Notes: a model not told the origin generated them from the sequence alone. A stretch of DNA of 64,000 bases from Polyangiaceae bacterium (GCA_033763455.1 JANRKO010000019.1:32001-96000), one strand, 5' to 3'. Shown: positions 10,412 through 21,280, counted from the first letter of the stretch. Numbers and translations are program-made.

Positions 10412-10736
10412 TTGCCCAAGGCGGGGGTTAGCCCCGCGAGTATTAACCAGGTTAGGGGGAGAGGCGAACGGCCCGTCGCCCAGCAGTTGGCCTGCTTAAC
10501 GCAACCAAGTGTGATGTATGGCCACGTCATGCAACTTCTCTTGTACGACCCTGAACACTTGCGCACAAGCCCAAAAGTGCAGTGGGAGGTCAAATTGCCC
10601 CTACTCCGCCAGGGTAACCAGATCGTAAGCCGGCCAGGGTAAACTACTCGGCCAGCACGTAGCCAGAGCGGCCCGCGACTGTTACCCAGTGCCGCTTGAC
10701 AGCAGCAGTGGGCAGACGCATTTCCGAGGCCGTCCC

Positions 10737-11096
10737 ATGACCTACGAATACGTTTGCACAGCCTGTGCCCACTCCTGGGAGGCGGAACAGTCCATCAAGG
10801 CGGATCCCCTTCGCACATGCCCCGCGTGTGGAAAAGAAACCGCGAAACGCCAGGTTTCGGCGGGTGGTGGCTTCATTCTCAAGGGTGGCGGCTGGTACGC
10901 GGATGGCTACGCCAGTGCCGGTGCGAAGGGTTCTAGCGATGCGTCGTCAGAGTCCAGCAAGTCCACGGCCACTCCCGCGGCCAGCGATAAGTCTTCAGCT
11001 GCGCCTGCTGCGGCTGCGCCTGCAGCAACGCCCAGTTCGTCGGCCGGCAGTTCAGGTGGCTCGTCCGGCACGGGAAGCTCCGGCAGCTCGACGTAA
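10737..11096 (+). CDS. FmdB-family zinc ribbon protein with Ser/Ala-rich tail
   Basis: YEYVCTAC...CPACG...FILKGGGWYADGY. Confidence 0.9.
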   Translation: MTYEYVCTACAHSWEAEQSIKADPLRTCPACGKETAKRQVSAGGGFILKGGGWYADGYASAGAKGSSDASSESSKSTATPAASDKSSAAPAAAAPAATPSSSAGSSGGSSGTGSSGSST

Positions 11097-11154
11097 GCGG
11101 CGAGAATAAGGTCCCCTGGTCAGGAGGCAGCCGAGCTGCTGAAATGCCACCTCC

Positions 11155-12234
11155 ATGACTGAACCCCAAGATCCCGAACTAGTGAGACTGCGCAAAGCGA
11201 TGCAGTCACTGGACTTGGAGATTGTGGGGCGGCTCACTCAACGCGCAGAGCTTTCGGTAGCGCTTCGAAAGCTCCGCGAAAGAGGCGTTAATCTGTCAGC
11301 GAGTGAGCCAAACGAAGAGGCGTGGCTCGAAGGGCTGAGCCGCGCCGGAGCAGGGGTGCTGCCGAAGGAAAGCGTGCGGCGCATTTTTGGCGCTGTTCGA
11401 GCCGAAGCGCGCGGCCTTGAACAGTTGGTTCGGGTGGCGTTTATGGGCACCGAAGGCGGTTTTGGCCACGAGCTGGCAACGTCGTATTTCGGCTCAAGCG
11501 CAGAGCTTGAGCCGGCCCCCACCGCGGAGGACGCTCTCGCACAGGTGCTGCGCGGCCGCGCGGGATTTGCGACGTTTCCGATAGAATCTTCTAACGAAGG
11601 CTTGGTGCAAACGTCCGTGACCGCGCTGGCCAAGACGGAGCTGCCCATTGTCGCGGAGCGCTCAATTCTTGCGAACTATAACCTTATGAGCCTCGACCCA
11701 GGCTCAACCATCGAGCGGATTTTTCTAACTCCCCAAGCACACGCGGCCTGCGAACGGTTTCTCTTGGTTGAATACCCAAACGTCGCGGTGGTGGACGTGC
11801 GGTCCCCCCTTTTAGCTGCAAAAGAAGCGGCAGCAGCCCAGGATGCAGCGTGCATTGTTCCCGACGGGTGCGGAAAGCATTTTGGCCTTTCCGCACTCCG
11901 TACGAACGTGAGCGAGGTTGCGGATCTCCGGTATCGCTACGCAATTGTTGGCACCCGGCCGGCAATGCGTACAGGCATGGATACCACCTGCTTACTATTC
12001 GGCGGGGACGATTCACCGGGCGCTTTGTACGGAATTTTGGGCCAATTTGCCGAGCGGGGTATCAACCTGAAGAAGCTGCAGTCCCGGCCTCGTGAAGCGG
12101 GAGGTTGGGATTACGTTTTCTATGTTGAAGTTGCGGGGCACGTTTCGGATCGCGCCGTGGTAACGGCTCTTGAAGCCGTGAGGCGTTCCGCGAAATACCT
12201 GAAAGTGCTCGGAAGTTTTCCGAGCGAACAGTGA
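11155..12234 (+). CDS. pheA: Chorismate mutase/prephenate dehydratase (P-protein)
   Basis: N-terminal chorismate mutase-like helix, PIESSNEG, C-terminal ACT domain (GINLKKLQSRP, LGSFP). Confidence 0.9.
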   Translation: MTEPQDPELVRLRKAMQSLDLEIVGRLTQRAELSVALRKLRERGVNLSASEPNEEAWLEGLSRAGAGVLPKESVRRIFGAVRAEARGLEQLVRVAFMGTEGGFGHELATSYFGSSAELEPAPTAEDALAQVLRGRAGFATFPIESSNEGLVQTSVTALAKTELPIVAERSILANYNLMSLDPGSTIERIFLTPQAHAACERFLLVEYPNVAVVDVRSPLLAAKEAAAAQDAACIVPDGCGKHFGLSALRTNVSEVADLRYRYAIVGTRPAMRTGMDTTCLLFGGDDSPGALYGILGQFAERGINLKKLQSRPREAGGWDYVFYVEVAGHVSDRAVVTALEAVRRSAKYLKVLGSFPSEQ

Positions 12235-13331
12235 GCGCAGAAAGTCCTATGTCAAACTTGGTAACCGCCAGTATCGACCGCCTGCGCCCCTATCAGGCGG
12301 GCAAGCCCATCGAAGAGCTTGAGCGTGAGCTCGGCATAAAAGACGCCGTGAAGCTTGCGTCCAACGAAAATCCCCTTGGAGCAAGCCCCAAGGTGCTCGC
12401 AGCCCTGCCCGGGCTTCTAGCTCAGATTGCTCGGTATCCCGATGGCTCCGCCCACAAGCTGCGAGAGGCCATTGCTGCGTTTCACGGGGTTTCGCTAGAG
12501 GAAGTCATCTGCGGGGCCGGTTCGAACGAATTGCTGGAGTTGCTTTACCGTACGTTCACCACCCACGAGCATCACGCGGTCTTTGGCGAACCTTCGTTCG
12601 TGATCTATCGCGCTGGAGCGATGGCACACGGGGTGCCTTTTACTGCGGTGCCCCTCACCAACGAAGTGCACGATCTGGACGCGATGGCGGCGGCTGTAAC
12701 GCCGAAGACTCGCCTTCTGTTTATCGCCAATCCCAATAATCCCACCGGCACATACGTGGGCCGGCAAGCAGTGGAACGCCTCCTCTGCGAGGTGCCCCCG
12801 GAAGTTATCATCGTGATGGATGAGGCCTACGTGGAGTACGCGGAGGCTCGGGACTACCCGGATTGTTCCAAGCTCCGGAGCCTGCGCGAACGGCTCGTAG
12901 TGCTGCGCACATTCTCCAAGGTCTATGGCCTGGCCTCTCTTAGGGTCGGTTACGCGCTTGGGCCTGCCACGCTCATTGATTACATGAATCGACTGCGCCC
13001 GCCGTTCAACGTGGGCCACCTAGGTCAAGCAGCGGGGCCGATTGCGCTGGCCGATCAGGAACACGTGAAGTTGAGCCAAAGCCTGAATTCCAGCGAGCGC
13101 CGCCGTATGGAGCGTGAGCTTACAGCGTTGGGGTTCAAGGTAACTCCGAGTCAGGCAAATTTTGTTTGGGTGGATACGGGGCGAAAAGCGTCGGAGCTCT
13201 ACGAAGCGTTGCTGCGGCAAGGGGTGATAGTGCGGCCATTTGGCAATTTCCCTGGTCATCTGCGGATCACCGTGGGCACAAGCGCCGAAAACGATCGCCT
13301 GTTTGCGGCGCTCGGAAAGGTGCTTCCATGA
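12231..13331 (+). CDS. hisC: Histidinol-phosphate aminotransferase
   Basis: KLASNENP, NPNNPTG, DEAY, RTFSKVYGLASLRVGY. Confidence 0.95.
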   Translation: MSAESPMSNLVTASIDRLRPYQAGKPIEELERELGIKDAVKLASNENPLGASPKVLAALPGLLAQIARYPDGSAHKLREAIAAFHGVSLEEVICGAGSNELLELLYRTFTTHEHHAVFGEPSFVIYRAGAMAHGVPFTAVPLTNEVHDLDAMAAAVTPKTRLLFIANPNNPTGTYVGRQAVERLLCEVPPEVIIVMDEAYVEYAEARDYPDCSKLRSLRERLVVLRTFSKVYGLASLRVGYALGPATLIDYMNRLRPPFNVGHLGQAAGPIALADQEHVKLSQSLNSSERRRMERELTALGFKVTPSQANFVWVDTGRKASELYEALLRQGVIVRPFGNFPGHLRITVGTSAENDRLFAALGKVLP

Positions 13332-14332
13332 GGCACTTGAAGCACATTAGCTGGGCGCAAGTGCTGGTTCTGAGTCTGTCGGTCGCGATAGCTGGTTGCG
13401 CCAAAAAAGACGAAGTGGTGGTGCACGCGGCCGAGGGTGCGGGCGTCTCCGCGGAAGAGTTAGAAAGGGATCCTTCGGCGCTCCTGCCTGGGCGCTCAGT
13501 GGCGGTTGGCTACTTGGATGCCCAGCAACTATTCGCTTCCGAGTTTGGGACTCGCTTGCTCACGATTTGGGCCCGCCGGGCGCCCATACCCGCAGGGGCA
13601 GATTTCGACCCCCGACGCGATTTACGGTCTTTGTACATCGGGGCTTACTCGATGCAGGGCGCAGATTTTCTGGGGGTGGCCGTGGGCACGTTCAACCCAG
13701 AACGCCTGGAAGCTGCAGCCGCGGCAAGTGGGCAAACACCCCAGGGCATTCCAATAGTCGAGACACGGTATGCAGAAAGGCGCTTGTTCATTGCCGATAC
13801 AGTGGGGTTCGTTGCACTCACCCCCAAGTTAATGCTCGTCGGCAACCCGACTGGGCTCAGGCGGGCGTTGGATCGCATTCAGCAGCGTCGCGTTAAGCGC
13901 GAGATCCCGAGTTGGTTCAGTTCGCAGCTTTCGGCGAGCTCGCTTCCGCCCATTGTGGTGGGTGCTGATTTTAGGGCCTCCCCGCTGCCTGAGTCTGTGC
14001 GTCAGCGGTTCCCTTTGGTTGTAGGGTTGGAAACCGTTGGGCTTCTGGGGAATTTCATGCCGCCAGGCATCAACCTCGCGGGAACCTTTGGTTACCACGA
14101 CGCACCACAAGCGCTTGCGGGGGCAAACAACATTAGCCTGCTGTATCAAAACCTGAGCTCATATTCCCTCATAATGTCCCTCATGGGGATCGGGCAACCG
14201 ATACGGAAACTCGAAGTTCAGCCAAAAGATAAGGAGCTCGCAGTGGTGGCGGAGATTGACGGACGCGCCGTAGGTCAGTTGTTGGACCAGGCTGACGCTT
14301 GGCTCAATGCGAATACTGGGCGAGGTAAATAA
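13328..14332 (+). CDS. Hypothetical lipoprotein
   Basis: ATG overlaps hisC stop; lipobox IAGC; no function recognised. Confidence 0.75.
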   Translation: MRHLKHISWAQVLVLSLSVAIAGCAKKDEVVVHAAEGAGVSAEELERDPSALLPGRSVAVGYLDAQQLFASEFGTRLLTIWARRAPIPAGADFDPRRDLRSLYIGAYSMQGADFLGVAVGTFNPERLEAAAAASGQTPQGIPIVETRYAERRLFIADTVGFVALTPKLMLVGNPTGLRRALDRIQQRRVKREIPSWFSSQLSASSLPPIVVGADFRASPLPESVRQRFPLVVGLETVGLLGNFMPPGINLAGTFGYHDAPQALAGANNISLLYQNLSSYSLIMSLMGIGQPIRKLEVQPKDKELAVVAEIDGRAVGQLLDQADAWLNANTGRGK

Positions 14333-14334
14333 CT

Positions 14335-15039
14335 ATGAAACTCCCTGTGGTAGCGATCGATGGCCCCGCGGGGGCGGGAAAAACAACCGTGAGTCAGCGG
14401 GTTGCAGACGCGCTCGGCTATACGTTGGTGGACACCGGAGCGCTCTATCGTTCCGTCGCCCTAGCTGCCAAGGAAGCGAACGTTGATTGGGATGATGCGG
14501 AGGGCGTGGGGCGCGTTGCCGAACGGCTTGCGCGCGAGCATTCGATTCGCTTTGGGTCCAGTGCTCCTGGCCAGCGGCGGATTTATCTAGGTGAACGCGA
14601 TGTGTCGGAGGCCATTCGAGCCGCTGACATTAGCCAAGGGGCTAGTCGCGTTTCGGCACTCCCAAGCGTGCGTGCGGCACTGCTCGAAATGCAGCGCTCG
14701 GCCGGTGAAGGCGGGGGCGTGGTATTGGAGGGGCGTGACATCGGAACCGTGGTTTTTCCGAGTGCTGAGGCCAAATTTTTCTTAACTGCGAACGTTGAAG
14801 TGCGGGCCCGACGGCGCCACGAGGAGTTGCGCGCGAAGGGGACGGCCGCAGAGCTCGCCGAAGTAGCGCGTGAGGTGGCTGAACGCGACAAACGGGATAG
14901 CTCACGTCCCATAGCCCCGCTGCGCCAGGCAGACGATGCCACGGTTGTGGACAGTTCTGAGCTGGGCATCGACGAAGTCGTGCGGTTAATTGTGAGTCGC
15001 GTAGAGGAAGTAGCAAAGGCTCTGAACCCTCCAGCATGA
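14335..15039 (+). CDS. cmk: Cytidylate kinase
   Basis: AIDGPAGAGKTT, DTGALYR, EGRDIGTVVFP. Confidence 0.97.
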   Translation: MKLPVVAIDGPAGAGKTTVSQRVADALGYTLVDTGALYRSVALAAKEANVDWDDAEGVGRVAERLAREHSIRFGSSAPGQRRIYLGERDVSEAIRAADISQGASRVSALPSVRAALLEMQRSAGEGGGVVLEGRDIGTVVFPSAEAKFFLTANVEVRARRRHEELRAKGTAAELAEVAREVAERDKRDSSRPIAPLRQADDATVVDSSELGIDEVVRLIVSRVEEVAKALNPPA

Positions 15040-15959
15040 CGCCGCGCCTTGCTCGGCGAGCTTGCGGCAAACTCGCGTTCGTTGGTTTCTTAGGCCTTGC
15101 GGGCAGCTGCGATTCTACCCAGTTCCCCGAGCCGCGTAGGCCCGCCTCGGCGCCACGCATATTCGACGGGCTTGACTTCATTCCAAGAGATCTCGACGTG
15201 GTAGTGCGCCTGGATCTTGAGCAGATCCGGCTCGCGCTAGGCGCCCATGTGCTGAACCAACTGCGTGCTCAGTCCACGTTTGGTTCGACCACGCCCGGTG
15301 CTCTCGACTCCGCCCTGGATACGGCCCGAACAGCATGGCTTGGGTTCCGGCCGGCTGCGTCCACGGAGCTCCTCGATAGCGTGTTGGTATTCAGTGGCAG
15401 GTTTGCTCGGCGGGAGCTGCACACCGAAGCTCCGAAAACGTGGGCTCCGGCGGAGGATCTTGGGGGCCTGCTGCGTCGCTATCAACGTTTGGGTGCGGTA
15501 CGCCGGGCTGAACCAGCTCGAGCTTATCTGCGCGGCGATGATCTCTTGGCTTTTGTCTCAGCCGTAGAGATCGACAGCGTGGAACGCGTTTTGGCCCAGG
15601 GTGCCGATCCTGACCGCCTGCAGCCTGTGGCCCGCGGCCTGGTGTCGTTTGCGCTGCGGCCACGTGCGCTACCGATGTCACTGCACCAACGTGCCCCTAA
15701 GCTCGCTGAACGCCTCGGGCGGGCTCGGAGGATCCGCGGAGCTGTGGATGCAGAGGGGGATTGGCTCGAAGCTGTCGTCGAGATCGACTTCTCCAGCGAA
15801 GTGGAGGCTGCCGAGGCCGTGGCGCTTTCGCGCGAGTTACTGGTGGTGGCCAAGGAGCTCTATCCCAAGCTGGCGCAGTTTATCGCCAGTGCTGAGCTGG
15901 ACGCTCAGGGGCCAGTCCTCGTGCTTAAAGCGCGTCTTCGGACAGTCGGGATTCGTTAG
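15036..15959 (+). CDS. Hypothetical lipoprotein
   Basis: ATGA overlap with cmk; signal peptide ending AGSC. Confidence 0.7.
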   Translation: MTPRLARRACGKLAFVGFLGLAGSCDSTQFPEPRRPASAPRIFDGLDFIPRDLDVVVRLDLEQIRLALGAHVLNQLRAQSTFGSTTPGALDSALDTARTAWLGFRPAASTELLDSVLVFSGRFARRELHTEAPKTWAPAEDLGGLLRRYQRLGAVRRAEPARAYLRGDDLLAFVSAVEIDSVERVLAQGADPDRLQPVARGLVSFALRPRALPMSLHQRAPKLAERLGRARRIRGAVDAEGDWLEAVVEIDFSSEVEAAEAVALSRELLVVAKELYPKLAQFIASAELDAQGPVLVLKARLRTVGIR

Positions 15960-16002
15960 GAGTCGCAAGTGCACGCGGGGCCGTGGTAGGCGGTCGCTCC
16001 GT

Positions 16003-16992
16003 ATGACAGTACCTGACCGCCGAGGAGGTCTCTCGCATCGTGCGGTTTTCTGGGGATTAGCCGTGGGGGCTACTCTCTGCCTATCCCTTGGGGCGACTCT
16101 CTATTGGCACTTCGTGCACTCTAGCCGAACGGCCGCGCGCCACATTCCGAGCAATTTTTCCGCGCTTCGGATCGATGTGGAACAGGTAATCTTCTTCGAG
16201 CCCGTTCGTCGCCACCTATTTCCGCTGGTGAATGAGCTGCCTACACCAACGACCAAATCGGCTCGACGTATGGTTCGCTTGGAACAAGCTGCTGATACGC
16301 GGTTGGCTTTCGATCTTCGGGAGTTAGTGCTCAGTTGGGACGGCAAGGGCGAGTGGGTTGGCATTGTTACCGGGAAATTCCCTCGACAAAAAATGGTCCC
16401 CGCCATTGTTGCGGAGCTCAAGGCTTCGGGTTGGGGAGTGGGTTCACCTATCGCCCTCGGCGGGGCCCGCCAAGCGTTTCGACTCACCGGGGACCTCACG
16501 CTCGCCGAGGCCGAAGACGGCACCATCCTGTTCGGGAGTCCGCGAGCGGTAGGGCTGGGGCTTGCCCCGAATGAAGAAGTGTTGCCGCTGGCTGGGCCCG
16601 GGGCTGTGTCAGTTTCGGGGCTCGCGTGGGAACGCTTGGCTAATGCCGCCCAAAGCGTGGCTTGGCTGACCCCCCAAACCGCGGGCATGCTGACTCGATG
16701 GACCGGCCTTCGAGGCCGCTTCCAGATTGGCTCCGAGATTACGTTAGACCTAGACATCGGGCTGCGGAGTGGCTCGGAGGCCAATGTCGAGAAGCTTCTG
16801 GCGGCGTTGAACGAGCTCGCCAATGCTCAGCATCAAAAGCCTTTGCCTAGGGCGAAAGTGGCGATCACGGGGGCTTCGACGACGGGTTTCCATGCACGCA
16901 TTGAGTGGCCCAAAGAGGCTGCGCTTCCCTATGCTGAGCTTGCGGCTCGGGCCATTTTGGCCGCGGCCAGGCCACCGGCGCAGCGTCCGTAG
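16003..16992 (+). CDS. Hypothetical membrane-anchored protein
   Basis: Likely start MTVPDRR; one N-terminal hydrophobic helix; same orientation as operon. Confidence 0.7.
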   Translation: MTVPDRRGGLSHRAVFWGLAVGATLCLSLGATLYWHFVHSSRTAARHIPSNFSALRIDVEQVIFFEPVRRHLFPLVNELPTPTTKSARRMVRLEQAADTRLAFDLRELVLSWDGKGEWVGIVTGKFPRQKMVPAIVAELKASGWGVGSPIALGGARQAFRLTGDLTLAEAEDGTILFGSPRAVGLGLAPNEEVLPLAGPGAVSVSGLAWERLANAAQSVAWLTPQTAGMLTRWTGLRGRFQIGSEITLDLDIGLRSGSEANVEKLLAALNELANAQHQKPLPRAKVAITGASTTGFHARIEWPKEAALPYAELAARAILAAARPPAQRP

Positions 16993-17159
16993 CAGCCCGG
17001 TAGGGAAACACGGTGGGATCCGGCTTGGTTTTTGCGTTTGACGCCCCGTCGCGGGTGCGCTACCTGAGCGCCCCCCAAACCCATAACTGCACTTTCGTGG
17101 TGCCCTAACAATTCCGAACTCGGACCGGATTCTGACCGAGGAGAACCGAAGACATTACC

Positions 17160-18914
17160 ATGGCTGAAACTCAACTGACGACCCCGAAGGGTGACGACCT
17201 CAGTTTTGCCGCTTTGTTCGAGGGCGTCGCAGACGCAACGAGCACCGCTGAGCTCGCTGGCGAAGGGCAAATTGTAAGTGGATACGTTATCCACGTCACT
17301 CGCGACAACGTCATCATCGATATTGGTGGCAAGAGCGAGGGGATGATCAGCCTCAGCGAGTTCGCCGATGCGCAGGGAAATGTCTCCGTCAAAGCGGGTG
17401 ATCGCGTTGACGTGTTCATCGAGAGTCGTGAAAGCGACGAAGGCCTTATCTCTCTGTCCAAGGAGAAGGCCGATAAGATGCGCGTGTGGGACGAGATTTC
17501 GGCGGCTTGCGAGCGCGACGAGATCATCGAAGGCACCATCAGCCAACGTGTTAAGGGCGGCCTCAGCGTAACGATTCGCGGCGGGGTTAAGGCATTTTTA
17601 CCTGGGTCTCAGGTTGATCTTAGGCCGATTAGAAATCTCGAACGCCTCATCGGCCAAACTTACGAATTCAAGGTCATTAAGTTCAACAAGAAGCGCGGCA
17701 ACATCGTGCTTTCACGACGCGTACTCCTTGAGCAGGAGCGCGATGCGATGAAGGCAGATACGCTGAAGACTCTCGAAGAAGGTCAGGTTCTCGACGGAAC
17801 CATCAAAAACCTCACCGAGTATGGTGCGTTCGTGGACCTCGGCGGCATTGATGGCCTCCTTCACATCACGGACATGTCGTGGGGTCGCGTCAATCACCCG
17901 AGCGAAGTCTTCCAGGTGGGCGACAAGGTCACCGTCAAGGTGCTCAAGTACAACCCGGAGACAGAGCGCGTCAGCCTCGGCATGAAGCAGACGCAGGAAG
18001 ATCCGTGGAACCACGCACAAGAAGCTTATCCTCTTGGCAAGCGCGTGCACGGCAAGGTGATGAGCCTCACCGATTACGGCGCTTTCGTAGAGTTGGAGCC
18101 GGGCGTCGAAGGCCTGATCCACGTCTCGGAGATGAGCTGGACCAAGAAGGTCAAGCACCCCTCCAAGATGCTCGAAATCGGCCAAGAAGTGGAATGCCAG
18201 GTTCTCGAAGTCGATTCGAGCGCCAAGCGCATCAGCTTGGGTCTCAAGCAGTTGGAAGCCGATCCGTGGACGCTCTTCACGGACAAGTACAAGCCTGGCG
18301 ACAAGGTCACTGGCAAAGTGCGCTCCCTTACCGATTACGGCGTGTTCGTCGGCATCGAAGAAGGCGTGGACGGCATGGTGCACAAGACCGATCTTTCCTG
18401 GACCATCAAGGTCAATAACCCGGCAGATCTTTACGCCAAGGGTGACGACGTTGAAGCCATCATTCTCTCAATCAACCACGACGAAAAGAAAGTCAGCCTC
18501 GGCGTCAAGCAATTGTTCGACGATCCGTGGGATGACATTCTGGCCAACTACAAGCCAGGCACGGTTGTGGATGACGTTCGCGTCCTGCGCGTACCTGAAT
18601 ACGGCGCCTTCGTCATGATCAAGGCAGGTATGGAAGCCCTCATCCCGTCGAATGAAATGCCGGGGAACCTGGTGCTGGAGCCTGGGCAGTTGATCAAGGC
18701 TGAAGTTGCCAACCTCGACACCATCGATCGCCGAGTGGTGCTCACGATGCGGCAGCCGGGTGAAAGCCCAGCGGCCGAGCAGCTGAGCGTCATGCGTCGC
18801 GAGCAGGTCGGTCAGGGTGCAACCTTGGGTGATGTGTTGGCCGCCAAGCTCAAGGGCCTCAGCGTTTCGCCATCCCAACCGCCCCCGGCAGTAGACGATG
18901 AGGATTCGGAGTAA
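17160..18914 (+). CDS. rpsA: 30S ribosomal protein S1
   Basis: Repeated S1 domains (YGAFVDLGGIDGLLHITDMSW, YGAFVELEPGVEGLIHVSEMSW); downstream of cmk. Confidence 0.98.
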   Translation: MAETQLTTPKGDDLSFAALFEGVADATSTAELAGEGQIVSGYVIHVTRDNVIIDIGGKSEGMISLSEFADAQGNVSVKAGDRVDVFIESRESDEGLISLSKEKADKMRVWDEISAACERDEIIEGTISQRVKGGLSVTIRGGVKAFLPGSQVDLRPIRNLERLIGQTYEFKVIKFNKKRGNIVLSRRVLLEQERDAMKADTLKTLEEGQVLDGTIKNLTEYGAFVDLGGIDGLLHITDMSWGRVNHPSEVFQVGDKVTVKVLKYNPETERVSLGMKQTQEDPWNHAQEAYPLGKRVHGKVMSLTDYGAFVELEPGVEGLIHVSEMSWTKKVKHPSKMLEIGQEVECQVLEVDSSAKRISLGLKQLEADPWTLFTDKYKPGDKVTGKVRSLTDYGVFVGIEEGVDGMVHKTDLSWTIKVNNPADLYAKGDDVEAIILSINHDEKKVSLGVKQLFDDPWDDILANYKPGTVVDDVRVLRVPEYGAFVMIKAGMEALIPSNEMPGNLVLEPGQLIKAEVANLDTIDRRVVLTMRQPGESPAAEQLSVMRREQVGQGATLGDVLAAKLKGLSVSPSQPPPAVDDEDSE

Positions 18915-18946
18915 TCCGGCTCTCATCTGGAGTGAGTTAGATCAGC

Positions 18947-20218
18947 ATGTCAGCTCCGGAGCTTGATTTCTCCGGGTGGACAGGGCGCCGCTTCCTCTTT
19001 CTTGGGGTAAGCGGCGTCTTGTTGTTGGCCCTCTTGATTTGGGCCAGCCCAGTTCTGTTGCCATTCATCATGGCAATGATCGTGGCGTTTGTTCTCACAC
19101 CGTTAGTGAGCATCGGGGAACGAGCTCGCCTGCCGAGGCCAGCATCGATCATCTTAGTGTATTTGGTGGTCTTCGGCTCACTCTACGCAAGTGTGGCCGC
19201 CCTGGCGCCGCGGATGTACGCGGAGGCTGATCGCTTCACTCGTGACGCACCTGTGCTCCTCACGGAGGCGACAAGAACGTGGGGGCCACAGGCAGAAGCG
19301 TGGGTCGAGGAACATGCCAAGGCGCCTCCAGGAAGTGCCAATTCATCGGCTATCGAGCTTGTCCCGCGCAAGGATGGCGGGTACCGGTTGGAGCTTGGTT
19401 CTGGCATAGAAATTGTCCAAGAGACCGAGAGGCAATGGCGCGTGGTCGCCGTGGACGACTCACAGCGCACCAGCTTTAGTTTCGAAAAACTGATGCGCGA
19501 TGGGCTGGAGGTGGTTCTACGTTTCGCGCGCAACAATGTGGTTGAACTGATCCGGCTTGGTCAGTCCGTTGTTAGCTCGGTTTCCCGCGGGATCTTTCTG
19601 CTTTTTATGACCCTTATGGTTGCGGGCTACATCATGCAGACCCGCGAGGCCATTTTCGGCTTTCTTGCCTCACTCTTGCCATTCCACGCGAGATCGAGCT
19701 TCGACCGTTTGCTGCTGCGAATGGAGCGCGGGCTCTCTGGGGTGGTCCGCGGCCAGCTTCTGATCTGCCTGGTAAACGGCGTGTTAAGTGCCATCGGCTT
19801 TTGGATGTTTGGGCTGAAATATTGGCCCATCCTGTCAATCGTCGCAGGGGTCATGAGTATTGTACCCATCTTCGGGTCCATTCTGAGCACCGTGCCCGCA
19901 GTGCTCGTCGGGCTCACGCAGAGCCCGTGGATAGCCCTTTGGGTCTTGGTATGGGTCCTCGGGATCCACCAAGTGGAAGCGAATTTTCTAAATCCCAAAA
20001 TCATTGGCGTAGCTGCCAAGATCCATCCGGTGTTGGTGGTGTTTTCTCTCGTGGTTGGTGAGCACTTCTTCGGCCTTTGGGGGGCGCTCCTGGCCGTACC
20101 GGCGTTGTCGGTGGTGCAGAGCCTGTTCAACCATTTCCGCTTTGAGGCACTGCCCGATGCTCCGCGCGATAGCATCGCAGCGCCCCCGCTCGTGCCTGAG
20201 AGCGAAGCGGATCGATAG
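18947..20218 (+). CDS. AI-2E family transporter
   Basis: Multiple TM helices, RGQLLI, EANFLNPKIIG, GLWGALLAVP. Confidence 0.9.
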   Translation: MSAPELDFSGWTGRRFLFLGVSGVLLLALLIWASPVLLPFIMAMIVAFVLTPLVSIGERARLPRPASIILVYLVVFGSLYASVAALAPRMYAEADRFTRDAPVLLTEATRTWGPQAEAWVEEHAKAPPGSANSSAIELVPRKDGGYRLELGSGIEIVQETERQWRVVAVDDSQRTSFSFEKLMRDGLEVVLRFARNNVVELIRLGQSVVSSVSRGIFLLFMTLMVAGYIMQTREAIFGFLASLLPFHARSSFDRLLLRMERGLSGVVRGQLLICLVNGVLSAIGFWMFGLKYWPILSIVAGVMSIVPIFGSILSTVPAVLVGLTQSPWIALWVLVWVLGIHQVEANFLNPKIIGVAAKIHPVLVVFSLVVGEHFFGLWGALLAVPALSVVQSLFNHFRFEALPDAPRDSIAAPPLVPESEADR

Positions 20219-20275
20219 TCGGATCCCTCGCTCGCCTTGCGCCCCTATAGGGCCGGGAGCTATAGCGAACGCCCC

Positions 20276-21229
20276 GTGGGCAACGAAGGTAGAAAATTCA
20301 GGCGCGGTCAGGCCCGCCAAGAGGAAGCTGGCAGCCAAAAAAATCCAAGCATCGCGGACTCGCTTCCGCCTGATGTGGGGGCAGGCGGTCCTGCGGGGGT
20401 AGACCTAAAGGGTCTTGTGACGCGCCTTGGGCTGCCCCTCATTGCGTTATGGGTCGTGTTTGGGATGGTGGCGGCCTACGTCGATAGTACCACCTGGCGT
20501 ACGGTCCTGATCGCCGTCCCGGCTATCGCCACAGGCCTTGCGATTGGTGTTTTGGTCTGGGCTCGGCGTCAGTCCCAAAAGGCTCAGGGGGTGGCGAGCA
20601 TTCTCAGGGAGATGCAAGCCACCGGCGATCGCGGAGCCGCACTTGAGAAGTTGGATTCCTCCTTCAAGAAAACAGATCCAGCGGCGATCTTTGCCAAAGC
20701 TCAGCTAGAGCTGCAGGAAGACCCTAGAAAAGCGCTGGCAACCCTGGAGCTCATCAACCTTAACAAGGTGTTGGGTCCCATAGCCGATGAAGCTCGCTCG
20801 CAGCGCGCGATGATCCACCTGATGCTCGGGGAGGTGGGGCCCGCTCGTCAGCTCGTGGATAATATCGATATCAAGAGGCATCAAGATCCCAAAAGCCGCG
20901 CCATGATCGCATCGGTCATGAGTGAAGCTTGGGCTCGCAGTGGCAACGCGAAAAAAGCCTCTGAAACGCTAGATCTCTTCGATCCGGACGACGACCTTTA
21001 CGCCCAAATCCGACCCCAGCTCTGGCGTGCTCGGGCTTACTGTGGAGCGTATCAAAATGATCTTAAAGGCATGCGCCGAGCGCTCAAGAAGCTTCTCGAA
21101 CAAGACGTGCGTTTGCTCGGCGGCTTCATGATCAAAAAGACGCATCCGCTCCTACAAAAAGAAGCCAAAAAGATGCTGGAGCAAAGCGGTCAAGTGCCGC
21201 GCAAGATGATGGTGCAGCGGCGCCAATAA
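20276..21229 (+). CDS. Hypothetical membrane protein with TPR-like helical domain
   Basis: Two TM segments then Ala/Leu-rich helical repeats; start uncertain (frame open from 20237). Confidence 0.7.
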   Translation: MGNEGRKFRRGQARQEEAGSQKNPSIADSLPPDVGAGGPAGVDLKGLVTRLGLPLIALWVVFGMVAAYVDSTTWRTVLIAVPAIATGLAIGVLVWARRQSQKAQGVASILREMQATGDRGAALEKLDSSFKKTDPAAIFAKAQLELQEDPRKALATLELINLNKVLGPIADEARSQRAMIHLMLGEVGPARQLVDNIDIKRHQDPKSRAMIASVMSEAWARSGNAKKASETLDLFDPDDDLYAQIRPQLWRARAYCGAYQNDLKGMRRALKKLLEQDVRLLGGFMIKKTHPLLQKEAKKMLEQSGQVPRKMMVQRRQ

Positions 21230-21280
21230 CTCCCTCGGATCACGGCGGCGCCACCCCAGCTGCTCAGCCAATTCTCCCGT

